A stretch of 64,000 nucleotides of DNA from Candidatus Spongiisociaceae bacterium (GTDB lineage Bacteria > Actinomycetota > Acidimicrobiia > Spongiisociales > Spongiisociaceae). Of the stretch, positions 10,408 to 20,368 are shown in pieces. Both the position numbers and the translations under genes were made by a program. How positions within the stretch are numbered: position 1 is the stretch's first letter; every line of letters begins with the position of its first letter. The notes below the pieces were generated by a model. The model had not been told where the DNA came from and searched no databases. It saw only the letters and a list, made by a program, of their open reading frames with translations. The stretch spans positions 3,936,001 through 4,000,000 of the forward strand of contig CBDCOH010000002.1 of the NCBI GenBank assembly GCA_965219685.1. Direction: 5' to 3'.

Positions 10408-11596
10408 ACAAATGATCCAGGCTCCTGTCCACGAAGGTGCGGTCGGTTGAGAAGGGCGAGTCCTCTATCCGGGCGGTGATCAGGTCCGCCAGGATCCTTC
10501 CCCCGGCCGGGGAGCACATGATGCCGTGCCCGGAGTATCCGGTGTTCACCCACAGGCCCTCGACCGGGGTCTGTCCGATCAGAGGACGGTGGTCGGGGGT
10601 CATCGTGTACTGCCCGGAGTGAACGATCCAGGAGAACTCCCCGGCTCTCCAGGCCTCGCCCCAGAAGGGACTGATCCGCGCCGCCGCTTCCGAACGGGAG
10701 GGATCCAGCACCCGGAAGGCCATGTCGTGGTCGGGAGCGACATCCTCAACGGGTTCCCGGCCCGGCCCGCGAGGAGCGGCGTCGAGCACATGGGCTCCCG
10801 AGAGGACGGGCCGCCAGTGCACCCCCGTGTCGTCGTCAATGGTCATCGGGGCGTCGGGCGGCACCCGGGCCAGTTCTGGAACCACCACCTTGTGGCGCGG
10901 CTTCACCTCCAGCGGGAGATCCACCCCTGCGAGAGCGGCCAGCCTGGCGGTGAAGGGTCCTGCGGCGATCACCACCTGCTCGGCCCGTATGTCTCCCCGG
11001 TCGGTGCCCACATCGAAGCCTCCCGAGGAGGGGAGATCCCGGAGGGACACCACCCGGCACGAGGTGTGGAGAGGGGCTCGCGACGCCCTCAGCAGACCGA
11101 GTGTCAGGGCCCTGGGATCGACGAAACCGTCCCCAGCCCGGAAGCGGGCCTGGACCACGTCAGGGCTGAGGTAAGGGAACCTGCGGCGGGCTTCGTCGCC
11201 CCCGAGTATCTCGATGTCGGTCTGCCCCCAGGAATGCTGGAGAGCCACGATCCGCCGCTGCTCCGTGGCCCGCTCCGCGGAGGTGGTCGCCCATACGTAT
11301 CCCGGCTGGCGGACCCCCAGCGGGCGGGAGTCCTGGCCGGTGATCGCGGTGAAGTCGAGGATCAGGTCGACCGACTCCCGCACCAATTCGGTCTCCTCCG
11401 GGTTGTCGAACTGGAGGCGGAAGGCGCCGGTGGCCACGGGTGTGGTGAGGGCGGCGGGGACGGGCAGGGCCTCCAGGACCACCGGTGACAGCCCGGCCCG
11501 GGCCGCCCAGAACGCAGTGGACGCCCCCGCCACCCCGGCGCCGACGATCACCAACTCCGCGCCGGCCGGGACGGTGCCTTCAACGTTGGACAGCAT
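10406..11596 (-). CDS. FAD-dependent oxidoreductase (sarcosine oxidase beta / proline dehydrogenase-like, DAO family)
   Basis: GAGVAG, IAAG, YTMTPDHRPLIG, GYSGHGIM; ATG at 11596. Confidence 0.9.
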   Translation of the reverse strand: MLSNVEGTVPAGAELVIVGAGVAGASTAFWAARAGLSPVVLEALPVPAALTTPVATGAFRLQFDNPEETELVRESVDLILDFTAITGQDSRPLGVRQPGYVWATTSAERATEQRRIVALQHSWGQTDIEILGGDEARRRFPYLSPDVVQARFRAGDGFVDPRALTLGLLRASRAPLHTSCRVVSLRDLPSSGGFDVGTDRGDIRAEQVVIAAGPFTARLAALAGVDLPLEVKPRHKVVVPELARVPPDAPMTIDDDTGVHWRPVLSGAHVLDAAPRGPGREPVEDVAPDHDMAFRVLDPSRSEAAARISPFWGEAWRAGEFSWIVHSGQYTMTPDHRPLIGQTPVEGLWVNTGYSGHGIMCSPAGGRILADLITARIEDSPFSTDRTFVDRSLDHL

Positions 11597-11770
11597 CCGG
11601 ACAAAGGTAGTGCGCGTTCGGCTACCGACAAAGGGGTTTCGTTCCGCCGCGGCAGGGGGGACCCCGGCCCGTGCTGCCGGTCGATGCCCTAAAGGTCGGT
11701 TGCAGCGCGCCAACCCGCTTGCACGGGTCTCGAGCAGCCTCGCGGGAACGGGATGTGACATGATCTTGAC

Positions 11771-12952
11771 ATGATGAGCGAGACCGGTCCGGCGGCGATC
11801 AGGCGTGGCCGCGCGACACCCGGCCGTGAAACGGAGCCGATAGTCGAGATCGACGATCTCGAACTGGTGGACCACCATTGCCATGGCGTGAGCGCTGCCC
11901 CCCTGGACTACGAGGCCTTCGTGTCGTTTCTGACCGAAGGTGGCAGAGAGATGTTGGGAGCCATCGACCCGATGGCCACCCCGCTCGGCCTGGCCGTCCG
12001 ATCCCTCTGCGCGCCGGTTCTCGACATCGATCCGCGTGCGCCGATCGAGGAGTACATGGAGTGCCGGTCGGCGCTCGGGGAACTCGAGGTGGGCCGGCGA
12101 ATGCTGGCGGCTTCGGGCCTGGGCGACCTGCTCATCGACACCGGCTACCTCCCCGATCAGGTGCTGAGTCCAGCGGGCATGGACCGGCTGGGCCGGTTCA
12201 GGACCTCCGAGATCGTCCGGATCGAGTCGGTCGCCGAGGAGGTCTTCTCATCGGTGGGCAGCGGAGCGTTCATCGACGAGTTCCCTCGAGCGCTCGCCGA
12301 TCGAGCCCGCCGCGCGGTCGGACTCAAGTCCATCGTCGCGTACCGGGCCGGTCTGGATCTCGACGCGGCCCGTCCGGTCACCCGAACAGTCTCAGGTTCG
12401 CTGGCTAGTTGGAGCCCGGGCAGCCGCATCGCGGATCCGGTGCTGCTTCGCCACTGCCTGTGGGTCGGGGTGGACACGGCCGAGGAGTTGGGTATGCCGA
12501 TCCAGATCCACAGCGGCTTCGGCGATCGCGACCTGGATCTGTGGCGCGCCGACCCCACCCGTTTCACCCCATGGCTACGCCGTATCCCGTCGTCGGTGAA
12601 GATCTGCTTCCTCCACTGCTGGCCCTACCACCGCCAAGCCGCGTACCTGGCCGCGGTGTATCCCAACGTCTACGTGGACACGGGTGCGCTCAACACCCAT
12701 GCCGCCCTCGGCTACGGACGCATCCTGGCCGAAACACTCGAGGTGGCGCCGTTCGAGAAGGTGCTGTACTCCAGCGACGCACTCGGCGTTCCCGAGCTCT
12801 ACTACGTCGGGGCGGTGCGGTTCCGCAGGGCGCTGGCCTCGCTGCTCGGCGACTGGCGCCGGCGCGGCTTCTGCTCCCACGCGGACGCAGTCGAGATCGC
12901 CACGGCCATAGGGCGGGACAACGCTCGGAGGGTCTACCGGCTAGGCGAGTGA
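11771..12952 (+). CDS. Amidohydrolase_2 family (FluG N-terminal-like)
   Basis: VDHHCH, GLKSIVAYR.GL, QIHSGFGD, LHCWPY, YSSD. Confidence 0.9.
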   Translation: MMSETGPAAIRRGRATPGRETEPIVEIDDLELVDHHCHGVSAAPLDYEAFVSFLTEGGREMLGAIDPMATPLGLAVRSLCAPVLDIDPRAPIEEYMECRSALGELEVGRRMLAASGLGDLLIDTGYLPDQVLSPAGMDRLGRFRTSEIVRIESVAEEVFSSVGSGAFIDEFPRALADRARRAVGLKSIVAYRAGLDLDAARPVTRTVSGSLASWSPGSRIADPVLLRHCLWVGVDTAEELGMPIQIHSGFGDRDLDLWRADPTRFTPWLRRIPSSVKICFLHCWPYHRQAAYLAAVYPNVYVDTGALNTHAALGYGRILAETLEVAPFEKVLYSSDALGVPELYYVGAVRFRRALASLLGDWRRRGFCSHADAVEIATAIGRDNARRVYRLGE

Positions 12953-12995
12953 GCTGATCCCTCGGGAGACATCCCAACGAGGCGGGCGCCGATTA

Positions 12996-13030
12996 CCAAC
13001 TAGCAACTACCAACTACCAACTACCAACTA
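12996..13030 (+). repeat. Heptamer array (CCAACTA/GCAACTA)n, about 5 units
   Basis: Read directly; contains the TAG stop of the SpoIID gene on the minus strand. Confidence 0.9.
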
Positions 13031-15127
13031 AGCACCAAGGTCGAGAGCGCGGACGAGGAAGGTGGCCATCTGACCCCGGGTCACGGGCCGCTCCGGGCAG
13101 TAGAGGAACGGCTCGGAGCTGCAGCCGACGGTGACACCGGCCGCGGCCAGCGCGTCGATGTCGGCCTCGTTGAAGGTGCCCCCGGTGTCGTCGAATCCGG
13201 CCGATCCCGCAGGAGGCAGATCGAACGCCCGGACCAGGAAGGTGGCCATCTGCGCTCTGGTGACCGGCCGGTCCGGGCAGTACCGGAGCGGTTCGCTGCT
13301 GCAACCCGCGGTCACCTCGAGATCCGCCAGGCGCTCCACGTAGCTTGCCCACCATTCGCCAGGGTCGACATCCTCGAATCGGGTCTCCTCCACCGGAGAC
13401 GGCGAAGCCTGGTCGAGCACCCGGGTCATCCACACCGCCATCACCGAACGGAGGAGAGGTTCGCCAGGGCAGATCACCAGATCGCCGCACTCAGTACCTT
13501 CCAGCACACCCGCCCCGGCGAGCCGGTTGATCGACGGTTCGTGAACGCTGCCGTTGTCGTCGTCGAAGTGGTCCGACTCCGGGGGCTGGTCGGGGTCCTG
13601 ACCCTCATCCCCGCCGCCGTTGTCATCGTCGTCGCCGTTGCCGCTGTCCTCGCTGTCACCGTCGCCCGGGGTGAGATCCTCGGGGATGTCGGTCGGAGGA
13701 GGAGCCATGCCGTCGATGGCGGTGATGTTGGAGGACTTGAGACCCAGCCCGAGTCGCAGTCCGTCTCCGGACACGGTGACCGACACGGGTTCGCCACCGT
13801 TTACGCCGCGAAACAGGACCTGGGTGGGCGAGGACACGGACGCTCTCGCCTCGAGGACCGCCGCGGTGACCTCGTCCCAGCCCAGCCAGTCCGCGACATG
13901 CGCTGCGCTCACCCGTTTCTCCCAGGAGGCGTGCGGGTTGCCCACCGCCGGGTCGATGTCCCAAGGATCGGCGACCGGCCTCAGGTAGGGCCACTCGCGG
14001 GCCGACGTATTGCCGTTCCGGACGGTGCGGAACCCGTACACGTTGCTGCGGGTGATCCCACCCGAAGAAGCGGAGAAGAACGTCTGGATGACCCCGCCCC
14101 TCGTGACCTTCTCCCACTCGTCGCCGAAGTAGGTGAGGACCCGGTCCCTGGTCGCCTCCACGCCGTCGACCCACGGCTGCCCGGCCGACCGGGCCTCCTT
14201 CGCCCACCCGATGTAGTTGATGTCCCGCCAGCTGTCGTACAGATGGCACCAGCACCTGTCCTTGCGGGAGGAGCTGATCCCCGGGTCCTCGTCCGGGTCG
14301 GCGGGCCGCGGCCCGGTCTCCGACTGGAAGAAGTTGAAGGCGGCGTACGAGCGGGCCGTGACCGCCTGGGCCTCGTTCACCCCCGGGGCCGTCCAGTCGT
14401 CGGGAAGTTCGGCGACACCCCTCAGGTAGTCCTCGAGCCCGACCGCTAGAACCACGTGGAATCCCACCTCGACCGGGTCGTCCCGGATCTTCAACTCCCC
14501 GTGGCGGTACTCGCACTCCTCGCTGGCCCGGACCACGCACAGCTTGTTCCTGTCCTCGCCGTGACGGAGCCGGACCCCCTTGGCGTCGGGCCACGAGATG
14601 GCCGCCCGGCAGCCACCCGCCGTCCCCTGCAGCTGTCCTCCGTGGAAGAACCCGCACTCACCGGGGCCGAGGCGGCGGAACTCCCACCGCTCACCCGACT
14701 GCGGATGCTCCGGCTTCGGACAGGGACCCTCCCCGTCGCCGGCCAGGCACAGATCCACCGGACCGCCCACCGCGGTGAACTCCAGCAGGGTGACCTGGGA
14801 GCCCAGGTTCACCCACAGCGGTTTGTCCAGCGTGTACAGCAGGTCGTTGGGGAGGGAGAGATCCGCCAGGGAGGCCGGTTCCGAACCGGGGAAGTAATGA
14901 GCCGCTATCTCCTCGCCCGGCTTGGCCGGATCCGCCAGCGCCTGCCCACGAGCCCCCCACTGGCCCATACCGACACCATGGCCCCATCCCGCGCCTTCGA
15001 AGTCGAACCCGGGAGTGTGGTGAGCAACGGCGGCAACCGCGGGGAACAGCCCCACCAGAACCGCCACGAGCATCAACCTCCGGAACACCCGAGAAGTGTA
15101 GGAGCGATCCGTCGAGAACCGGAGCAT
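13028..15127 (-). CDS. Secreted SpoIID/LytB-domain protein with C-terminal SLH repeats
   Basis: GAGWGHGVGMGQWGA, EDYLRGVAE, AQAVTARSYA; repeated F.D...CP.RPVTR.QMATFLVRA; exact start uncertain. Confidence 0.9.
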   Translation of the reverse strand: MLRFSTDRSYTSRVFRRLMLVAVLVGLFPAVAAVAHHTPGFDFEGAGWGHGVGMGQWGARGQALADPAKPGEEIAAHYFPGSEPASLADLSLPNDLLYTLDKPLWVNLGSQVTLLEFTAVGGPVDLCLAGDGEGPCPKPEHPQSGERWEFRRLGPGECGFFHGGQLQGTAGGCRAAISWPDAKGVRLRHGEDRNKLCVVRASEECEYRHGELKIRDDPVEVGFHVVLAVGLEDYLRGVAELPDDWTAPGVNEAQAVTARSYAAFNFFQSETGPRPADPDEDPGISSSRKDRCWCHLYDSWRDINYIGWAKEARSAGQPWVDGVEATRDRVLTYFGDEWEKVTRGGVIQTFFSASSGGITRSNVYGFRTVRNGNTSAREWPYLRPVADPWDIDPAVGNPHASWEKRVSAAHVADWLGWDEVTAAVLEARASVSSPTQVLFRGVNGGEPVSVTVSGDGLRLGLGLKSSNITAIDGMAPPPTDIPEDLTPGDGDSEDSGNGDDDDNGGGDEGQDPDQPPESDHFDDDNGSVHEPSINRLAGAGVLEGTECGDLVICPGEPLLRSVMAVWMTRVLDQASPSPVEETRFEDVDPGEWWASYVERLADLEVTAGCSSEPLRYCPDRPVTRAQMATFLVRAFDLPPAGSAGFDDTGGTFNEADIDALAAAGVTVGCSSEPFLYCPERPVTRGQMATFLVRALDLGA

Positions 15128-15221
15128 CCTCACCAGGGCCGGCCGAACCGGACTCCTGACCGCCGACCGGTCGACAACGCCAACCCGCCTGGGAAGCCAT
15201 GACCATGCAAGACGGAGCCCC

Positions 15222-15956
15222 GTGGCTAGCCTGACACTGTGGCCCGTGCATGGGAAACCAGATGGAGGGGATGTGTCCGGCTACCACGTTGATCTGACAG
15301 GGCGTTTCCAGGCTGCCCTAGCTGGATGCTACGACGCGCGGCGTGCAGCCGCACTGTCGGGCGTGCCGGTGTCGACCGTGTACTACTGGGCACGCAACGA
15401 GGTGGTGGTGCCCAGCGTGTCGCCCACCAGACAGAAGCTGTGGTCCTACGCGGACCTGATGGCGCTCCGCATCGTTTACTGGCTCCGCCACCCGAAACCC
15501 GGCCAGGCGGGTGTTGTACCTGCGAGTCCCATGCCCCAGGTGAGGGAGGCTTTGGAGGAACTGGAGGACCGCGGGCTCGACATCTGGGCCGAGAAGCCCC
15601 ATGGATCGGGAACGCCACTGCGGGTGAACATCGACGGAATGGTGTATCTCGCCGATGGCTGGACGGCCGGTACCCATGGCCAGCTGTCGCTCGTGCCGAT
15701 GCTCGATCTGCTCGGCCCGTTCGGGATGGGAGACCAGCACGGTCCGGACCTGATCCGTCCCCGGCCCAGCCTCCGGATCGTGCCCGGCAAGGTTTCCGGC
15801 GAACCGCATCTGGTCGGTTCCCGGATAACCACCAGATCGGTGGCTGCGCTCCACCGGCGCTTCGGGGAGTTGGCACCGGTGGCGGCCCTGTACCCCGAAG
15901 CCCCTCCCGAAACGATCGAACAGGCGATTGACCTCGAGCACTCGCTCGCCGCGTGA
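15222..15956 (+). CDS. MerR-like HTH + DUF433 antitoxin (VapB45-like)
   Basis: AAALSGVPVSTVYYW, WSYADLMALR, PGKVSGEPHLVGSRI; start uncertain. Confidence 0.85.
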   Translation: MASLTLWPVHGKPDGGDVSGYHVDLTGRFQAALAGCYDARRAAALSGVPVSTVYYWARNEVVVPSVSPTRQKLWSYADLMALRIVYWLRHPKPGQAGVVPASPMPQVREALEELEDRGLDIWAEKPHGSGTPLRVNIDGMVYLADGWTAGTHGQLSLVPMLDLLGPFGMGDQHGPDLIRPRPSLRIVPGKVSGEPHLVGSRITTRSVAALHRRFGELAPVAALYPEAPPETIEQAIDLEHSLAA

Positions 15957-16474
15957 CCGGACTCGCTCTGGACCACAACTTCCCCCAACCGATCCTGGCA
16001 GCCCTGTCCGAATGGCTCGGAGACATCGATCTGCTCCCCATAGGGCACATAGATCGCCGACTCACGAACCTCGGGGACAGGGAACTCGTCCTCGCTCTCC
16101 ACCAGCTCGGCTACAAAGGACTGGTCACGAACAACTACAGGATGCTCCAGAACCCGGTTGAACTGGCCGCAATCATCAAGACCGGACTATCCATATTCGC
16201 CATAGAAGGTCTGGGAGACGACCCGATCCGAGCCACAGGTGCTCTGCTCCTGGACCTTCCATCAGCGGTGAACGCCGTGGAGGCCGGCAGACCCGGCGTA
16301 TTCCGGCTGCGCCCGCGCGCGCCGCGGCCCAAAGATCCATGGGAGTTGCTCAGGGAGTTAGCGCACCGCCGGAACGAGGACGTTGGCGATCTCTACCGGC
16401 GGGTCGTGGTATCCGAGGAAGAACTGACCACTCCGGTATTGGATCCCGGCCGGAGCGAACTGGACGCTTTCTGA
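15953..16474 (+). CDS. PIN-like toxin (DUF5615/VapC45-like)
   Basis: LALDHNFP...DRELV...LVTNN; GTGA overlap with the antitoxin. Confidence 0.75.
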   Translation: MTGLALDHNFPQPILAALSEWLGDIDLLPIGHIDRRLTNLGDRELVLALHQLGYKGLVTNNYRMLQNPVELAAIIKTGLSIFAIEGLGDDPIRATGALLLDLPSAVNAVEAGRPGVFRLRPRAPRPKDPWELLRELAHRRNEDVGDLYRRVVVSEEELTTPVLDPGRSELDAF

Positions 16475-16605
16475 GGAGGTTCCCATCCTCGACAGGTGTC
16501 CTCGCCGGGCAGATCAGGCTCCCAAGTGATCGCCACCACACCGCTCCCGGTATCGAACACCCGTCTCAAGGCATGGTCAAAAAAATATGACTACAATCTG
16601 AGATC

Positions 16606-16896
16606 ATGACGAATCCGAACATCTCTCCTAGGGAACGCGCGGTGCCTGCCGGGGAGTTCAAGACGAACTGCCTGCGTCTGATGGACGAGGTGCAGGAGAC
16701 CGGAAGGGTGATTGTCGTAACCAAGCACCGCCGGCCGGTCGTGCGCGTGAGCCCATTCCGCGACGAGCCACCAAGCCTGGTCGGGTCATGTAAGGGTCAG
16801 TTGCGGATCATCGACGACATCGACAGCGAGCCCGCCATCCCGGCAGATGACTGGGAGATGCTCTCCGATCCGGGACTCGGCCAAGACCGATCGTGA
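16606..16896 (+). CDS. Phd/YefM antitoxin
   Basis: AGEFKTNCLRLMDEV...VVTKHRRPV. Confidence 0.9.
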   Translation: MTNPNISPRERAVPAGEFKTNCLRLMDEVQETGRVIVVTKHRRPVVRVSPFRDEPPSLVGSCKGQLRIIDDIDSEPAIPADDWEMLSDPGLGQDRS

Positions 16897-16915
16897 CTCA
16901 TCAGGCGTCCCGCCG

Positions 16916-17347
16916 GTGACCCTGCTGCTGGACACCAACGTCCTGCTGCGGCTCTTGCTCGACAGCCGCCACATCGGCGAAGCCTTCAAGGAGGAGGTCG
17001 AGTCGGGCCTCGTTGGCGGCGACATAGCGGTCTCCACGATGACGTGGGTGGAGATAACGCGCCTGCACCATCACGGGCGTATCGACCTGGGATGCCACCC
17101 CGGCGTATGGCGCCACGAGCGGCTGCGGTCAGGCCTGCAGGAGATCCCCGTCGATGGTGACGTGGCCGTCGAGTCCGTGCTGCTGATGAACACCGGATTC
17201 CACAGCGACCCTGCCGACCAGTTGATCGTCGCCACTGCCATGCTCGCAGGGATGCGCCTCGCCACGACCGACCGGAGGATCATCGGTTGGGCACGGCGAA
17301 CCCGGCTGCTTCCGCTTGCGGACCCGACGACCCGAACCCGGCGGTAG
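16916..17347 (+). CDS. vapC: VapC PIN-domain toxin
   Basis: LLLDTNVL, STMTWVE, HSDPADQLIVATA, LATTD. Confidence 0.9.
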   Translation: MTLLLDTNVLLRLLLDSRHIGEAFKEEVESGLVGGDIAVSTMTWVEITRLHHHGRIDLGCHPGVWRHERLRSGLQEIPVDGDVAVESVLLMNTGFHSDPADQLIVATAMLAGMRLATTDRRIIGWARRTRLLPLADPTTRTRR

Positions 17348-17486
17348 AGCGATCCCGAGGGCACGGTAGACCGCGCGACGCGTTCGGACCGCCATCCGGC
17401 AGACACTCCACCACGTGGCCGGAGCCTCCGGCAGGAGCCGGCAGCCCATGGAGTATGGCAAATGACCCGAGCCAAAGCTAACAGCA

Positions 17487-17536
17487 GGCTACCAACTATT
17501 AACTACCGACTACCGACTAGGAACTAATCATCTAGG
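17487..17536 (+). repeat. Degenerate heptamer array (CTACCAA/CTACCGA) ending in CTAGGAACTAATCATCTAG
   Basis: The same terminal 19-mer recurs at about 24478-24497. Confidence 0.75.
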
Positions 17537-17583
17537 GTTACCCGGTCCCCTCAGCCCGACGAGAGAACAGTCGAGGAACACCC

Positions 17584-18144
17584 ATGGCCGATACACCCTG
17601 CCCCGCGGAGGACGGATCCAGTCCACTCCGCCGCAAGTTCCGGAGACCTCCGCCGATGTGCATCGATGCTTCCAAGGCCTACACCGCGGTGATGGAAACG
17701 TCGATGGGGTCGATCACCATCGAACTCGACGCCGCCGCCGCTCCCCGCACCGTGAACAACTTCGTGGTGCTGGCCCGCTACCACTACTACGACAACGTGA
17801 TCTTCCACCGCATCATCAAGGGGTTCGTCTGCCAGGGCGGCGATCCCACCGGTACGGGTCGGGGCGGGCCCGGCTACCGCTTCGCCGACGAGCTACCCAC
17901 GCCGGGAAGCTACCAACTCGGCTCGCTGGCCATGGCCAACGCCGGGCCGAACACCAACGGCAGCCAGTTCTTCATCATCAGCGGCCCCGACGGCACGCGG
18001 CTCCCGCCGCTCTACGCGCTGTTCGGCAAGGTGGTGGCGGGCCTGGACGTGGTGGACGCGATGCAGAAGGTCGCGACCGACCGCAACGACCGCCCGCTGA
18101 CCGACGTGACGATCAACTCGGTGACGATCACGGAGTCGGACTGA
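17584..18144 (+). CDS. Cyclophilin-type peptidyl-prolyl isomerase
   Basis: FHRIIKGFVCQGGDPTGTGRGGPGY, MANAGPNTNGSQFFI. Confidence 0.96.
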   Translation: MADTPCPAEDGSSPLRRKFRRPPPMCIDASKAYTAVMETSMGSITIELDAAAAPRTVNNFVVLARYHYYDNVIFHRIIKGFVCQGGDPTGTGRGGPGYRFADELPTPGSYQLGSLAMANAGPNTNGSQFFIISGPDGTRLPPLYALFGKVVAGLDVVDAMQKVATDRNDRPLTDVTINSVTITESD

Positions 18145-18239
18145 CCCCGACCCGGCGCTGCATGCTCGGGTCACACGCACCACTCCACACGAAGCCTGCT
18201 CCGGTGCCACGCCCGGCGTTGACCCCTGGACGAGTGACT

Positions 18240-18486
18240 CCGAGGGATGTGACCGAGTCGACCGTACTCTACGATCGCTAAACGACGCTGTACAACACAT
18301 CTGCAACTCGTTATACATCTGTTCCTGGACCCGGGAGCCCCGGCTGCCGTTTTGTGAAGTGTCCCCCTCGGTGTAAGCGCGAGACCTAAACAGCACTATG
18401 AAGAATAGCTTACAGAATCTGATCACATGCTAACATCAACCAACAACTAGCAACTAGCAACTAGCAACTAGCAACTAGCAACTAGA
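18240..18486. repeat. About 200-bp dispersed non-coding element, copy 1, plus (CAACTAG)n tail
   Basis: Colinear similarity to 24252-24497 (CGACCGTACTCTACGATCG, ATCTGTTCCTGGAC, GAGACCNAAACAG). Confidence 0.85.
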
Positions 18487-18538
18487 CGGCTTGGTACAGT
18501 GACCGAGCCCCCGATGGATCGAAGGAGCACCCCTGACC

Positions 18539-19258
18539 GTGCCGACCCCTGCATCTTCCTCCCGCCACATCGCGCTGCTCGTCGACGGTGACAACGCCCA
18601 GCCGTCACTTATAGAGCCCATCCTGAGCGAGGTGGCAAAACACGGTGTGATAACCACTCGGCGCATCTACGGCGACTGGACCATGCCGGAGATGTCCGGC
18701 TGGAAGAAAGGGCTGCAGACCTATGCGATCCAACCCATCCAGCAGTTCCGCTACACGAAGGGCAAGAACGCTACCGACAGTGCGCTGATTATCGATGCCA
18801 TGGACCTGCTCCACACCGGAGCGGTGGACGGGTTCTGCATAGTGTCCAGCGACAGTGACTACACCCGGCTGGCCACACGGATCCGTGAACAGGGTCTCTT
18901 CGTCATGGGGATAGGCCGCCGGCGGACACCGAGTTCACTGGTGAACGCATGCGAGGTGTTCGTCTACACCGAGAACCTCGTACAGCCGGACGGATCCTCC
19001 CGAGAGCAGCTCACATCGAAACAGCGCTCGGAGTGGGTCACCACCATGGGTCTTGCCATAGACGCCGTCCTGCAGGAGGATGGTTGGGCGAATCTCGGCG
19101 AGGTCGGCGCCCAGATAGGCAAGCTGGATCCTGCTTTCGACTCCCGTACCTATGGATTCTCACGGATGTCCCTGCTCGTCAAGTCCCGACCCGACGTCCT
19201 GCAGACCGAGGAGAGGATGATCGGTGGCCAGGCACAGATCTACATCAAGAGAGCGTGA
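18539..19258 (+). CDS. NYN-domain protein with C-terminal OST-HTH/LOTUS
   Basis: LLVDGDN, RRIYGDW, KGKNATDSALIIDAMD, SSDSDYT, FDSRTYG. Confidence 0.93.
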   Translation: MPTPASSSRHIALLVDGDNAQPSLIEPILSEVAKHGVITTRRIYGDWTMPEMSGWKKGLQTYAIQPIQQFRYTKGKNATDSALIIDAMDLLHTGAVDGFCIVSSDSDYTRLATRIREQGLFVMGIGRRRTPSSLVNACEVFVYTENLVQPDGSSREQLTSKQRSEWVTTMGLAIDAVLQEDGWANLGEVGAQIGKLDPAFDSRTYGFSRMSLLVKSRPDVLQTEERMIGGQAQIYIKRA

Positions 19259-19294
19259 GTCAGTTGTTAGTTACTAGTTGCTAGCCGTTAGTTA
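19256..19294 (+). repeat. Degenerate G/T-rich heptamer array (TAGTTGC-like)
   Basis: Starts at the NYN stop; inverse of the (CAACTAG)n array upstream of the same gene. Confidence 0.7.
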
Positions 19295-19402
19295 TGGAGT
19301 GACGGGCGGACTCTCGGCCGATTTCGACAATCGCCAGCGTCGCCTGCGCCGGCACGTCTAGGATCACCGTGCGACACCAACCCCAGCTTTCCTTGGAGAC
19401 CC

Positions 19403-20233
19403 ATGGCGATCCTCTTGGCTGCCCTGACGTCGGTCTTCTACGGGGTGTTCGACTTCGCCGGCGGGATGGCCACCCGCCGGGTCCATGTCTTCGCGGTTGC
19501 GTTCTGGTCCAACCTCACGGGCCTGCTGCTCTCGGGTGTCATAGCCTTCATCTACCACCAGGTGTTCGGGGCGACCGTCACCGTCTCCGACCTGGCCTGG
19601 GGGGCATTGAGCGGCGTGGCGGCGGTCGCCGGGGTGGTCTTCTACTTCGAGGGCCTGGCAAAGGGCCAGATGGCGGTGGTCGCCCCGGTATCCGCCATCA
19701 CCCTGGCGTTGGTCCCCTTCATGTTCGGGTTCCTGACCGGAGAACGCTACGCCGTGCTGGCGTGGATAGGCGTCGCGTGTGCTGCCCCTGCCTTGTGGCT
19801 GACTGTCTCGACGCCAACCCGTGTGGACCGGCCGGGGAAAGCGATCTACGGTCTCGGAGCCGGTCTGGGTTTCTCCCTGATGTTCATTGGCCTCGCGCAG
19901 GTCTCGGGCGAGGCCGGGATGTGGACGCTGATCCCCTTCAAGTGCGCCAGCGTCGCCGCAGCGGGGTTCCTAGTCAGGGTGCAGGGTGTCCCACTCGGCC
20001 TGCCGAGGAAGAACCTTCTCCTGGCGCTCGCCGCCGGGGGTTCCGTGCTGGCCAACCTCACCTACCTGCTGGCGGTGCGCTTCGGGCCGCTGGGACTCGT
20101 GGCGGTGGCGTCGTCGCTCTACCCGGCGGTGGTGGCCGTCATGGCCTTCCTGGTCTTCAAGGAGAAGGCGCCTCCCCAACGCATCGCTGGTCTCCTGCTG
20201 TCCCTGGTAGCCCTGTCCCTGATCGCCCTCTGA
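19403..20233 (+). CDS. EamA/DMT family transporter
   Basis: About 10 TM helices; YGVFDFAGG, SSLYPAV...LVFKE. Confidence 0.88.
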   Translation: MAILLAALTSVFYGVFDFAGGMATRRVHVFAVAFWSNLTGLLLSGVIAFIYHQVFGATVTVSDLAWGALSGVAAVAGVVFYFEGLAKGQMAVVAPVSAITLALVPFMFGFLTGERYAVLAWIGVACAAPALWLTVSTPTRVDRPGKAIYGLGAGLGFSLMFIGLAQVSGEAGMWTLIPFKCASVAAAGFLVRVQGVPLGLPRKNLLLALAAGGSVLANLTYLLAVRFGPLGLVAVASSLYPAVVAVMAFLVFKEKAPPQRIAGLLLSLVALSLIAL

Positions 20234-20368
20234 ACCGATCCGGTCCTCTGCCGGACCGTGGAGAAAAGGCAATCCGCCGGGACTATGTTCCGGTTCCGCG
20301 CGCATCCATGCAGAGCCGGAGTCCGGATCATCGGGAACCCGCAGCCCGGCCGGCGCCGTCCAAGAACC

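Noticed and set aside
13541-14657. Long alternative-frame or antisense ORFs here and elsewhere (e.g. 20578-21900, 57152-58483)
   Set aside because: R/G/P-rich shadow ORFs expected in high-GC DNA overlapping well-supported genes
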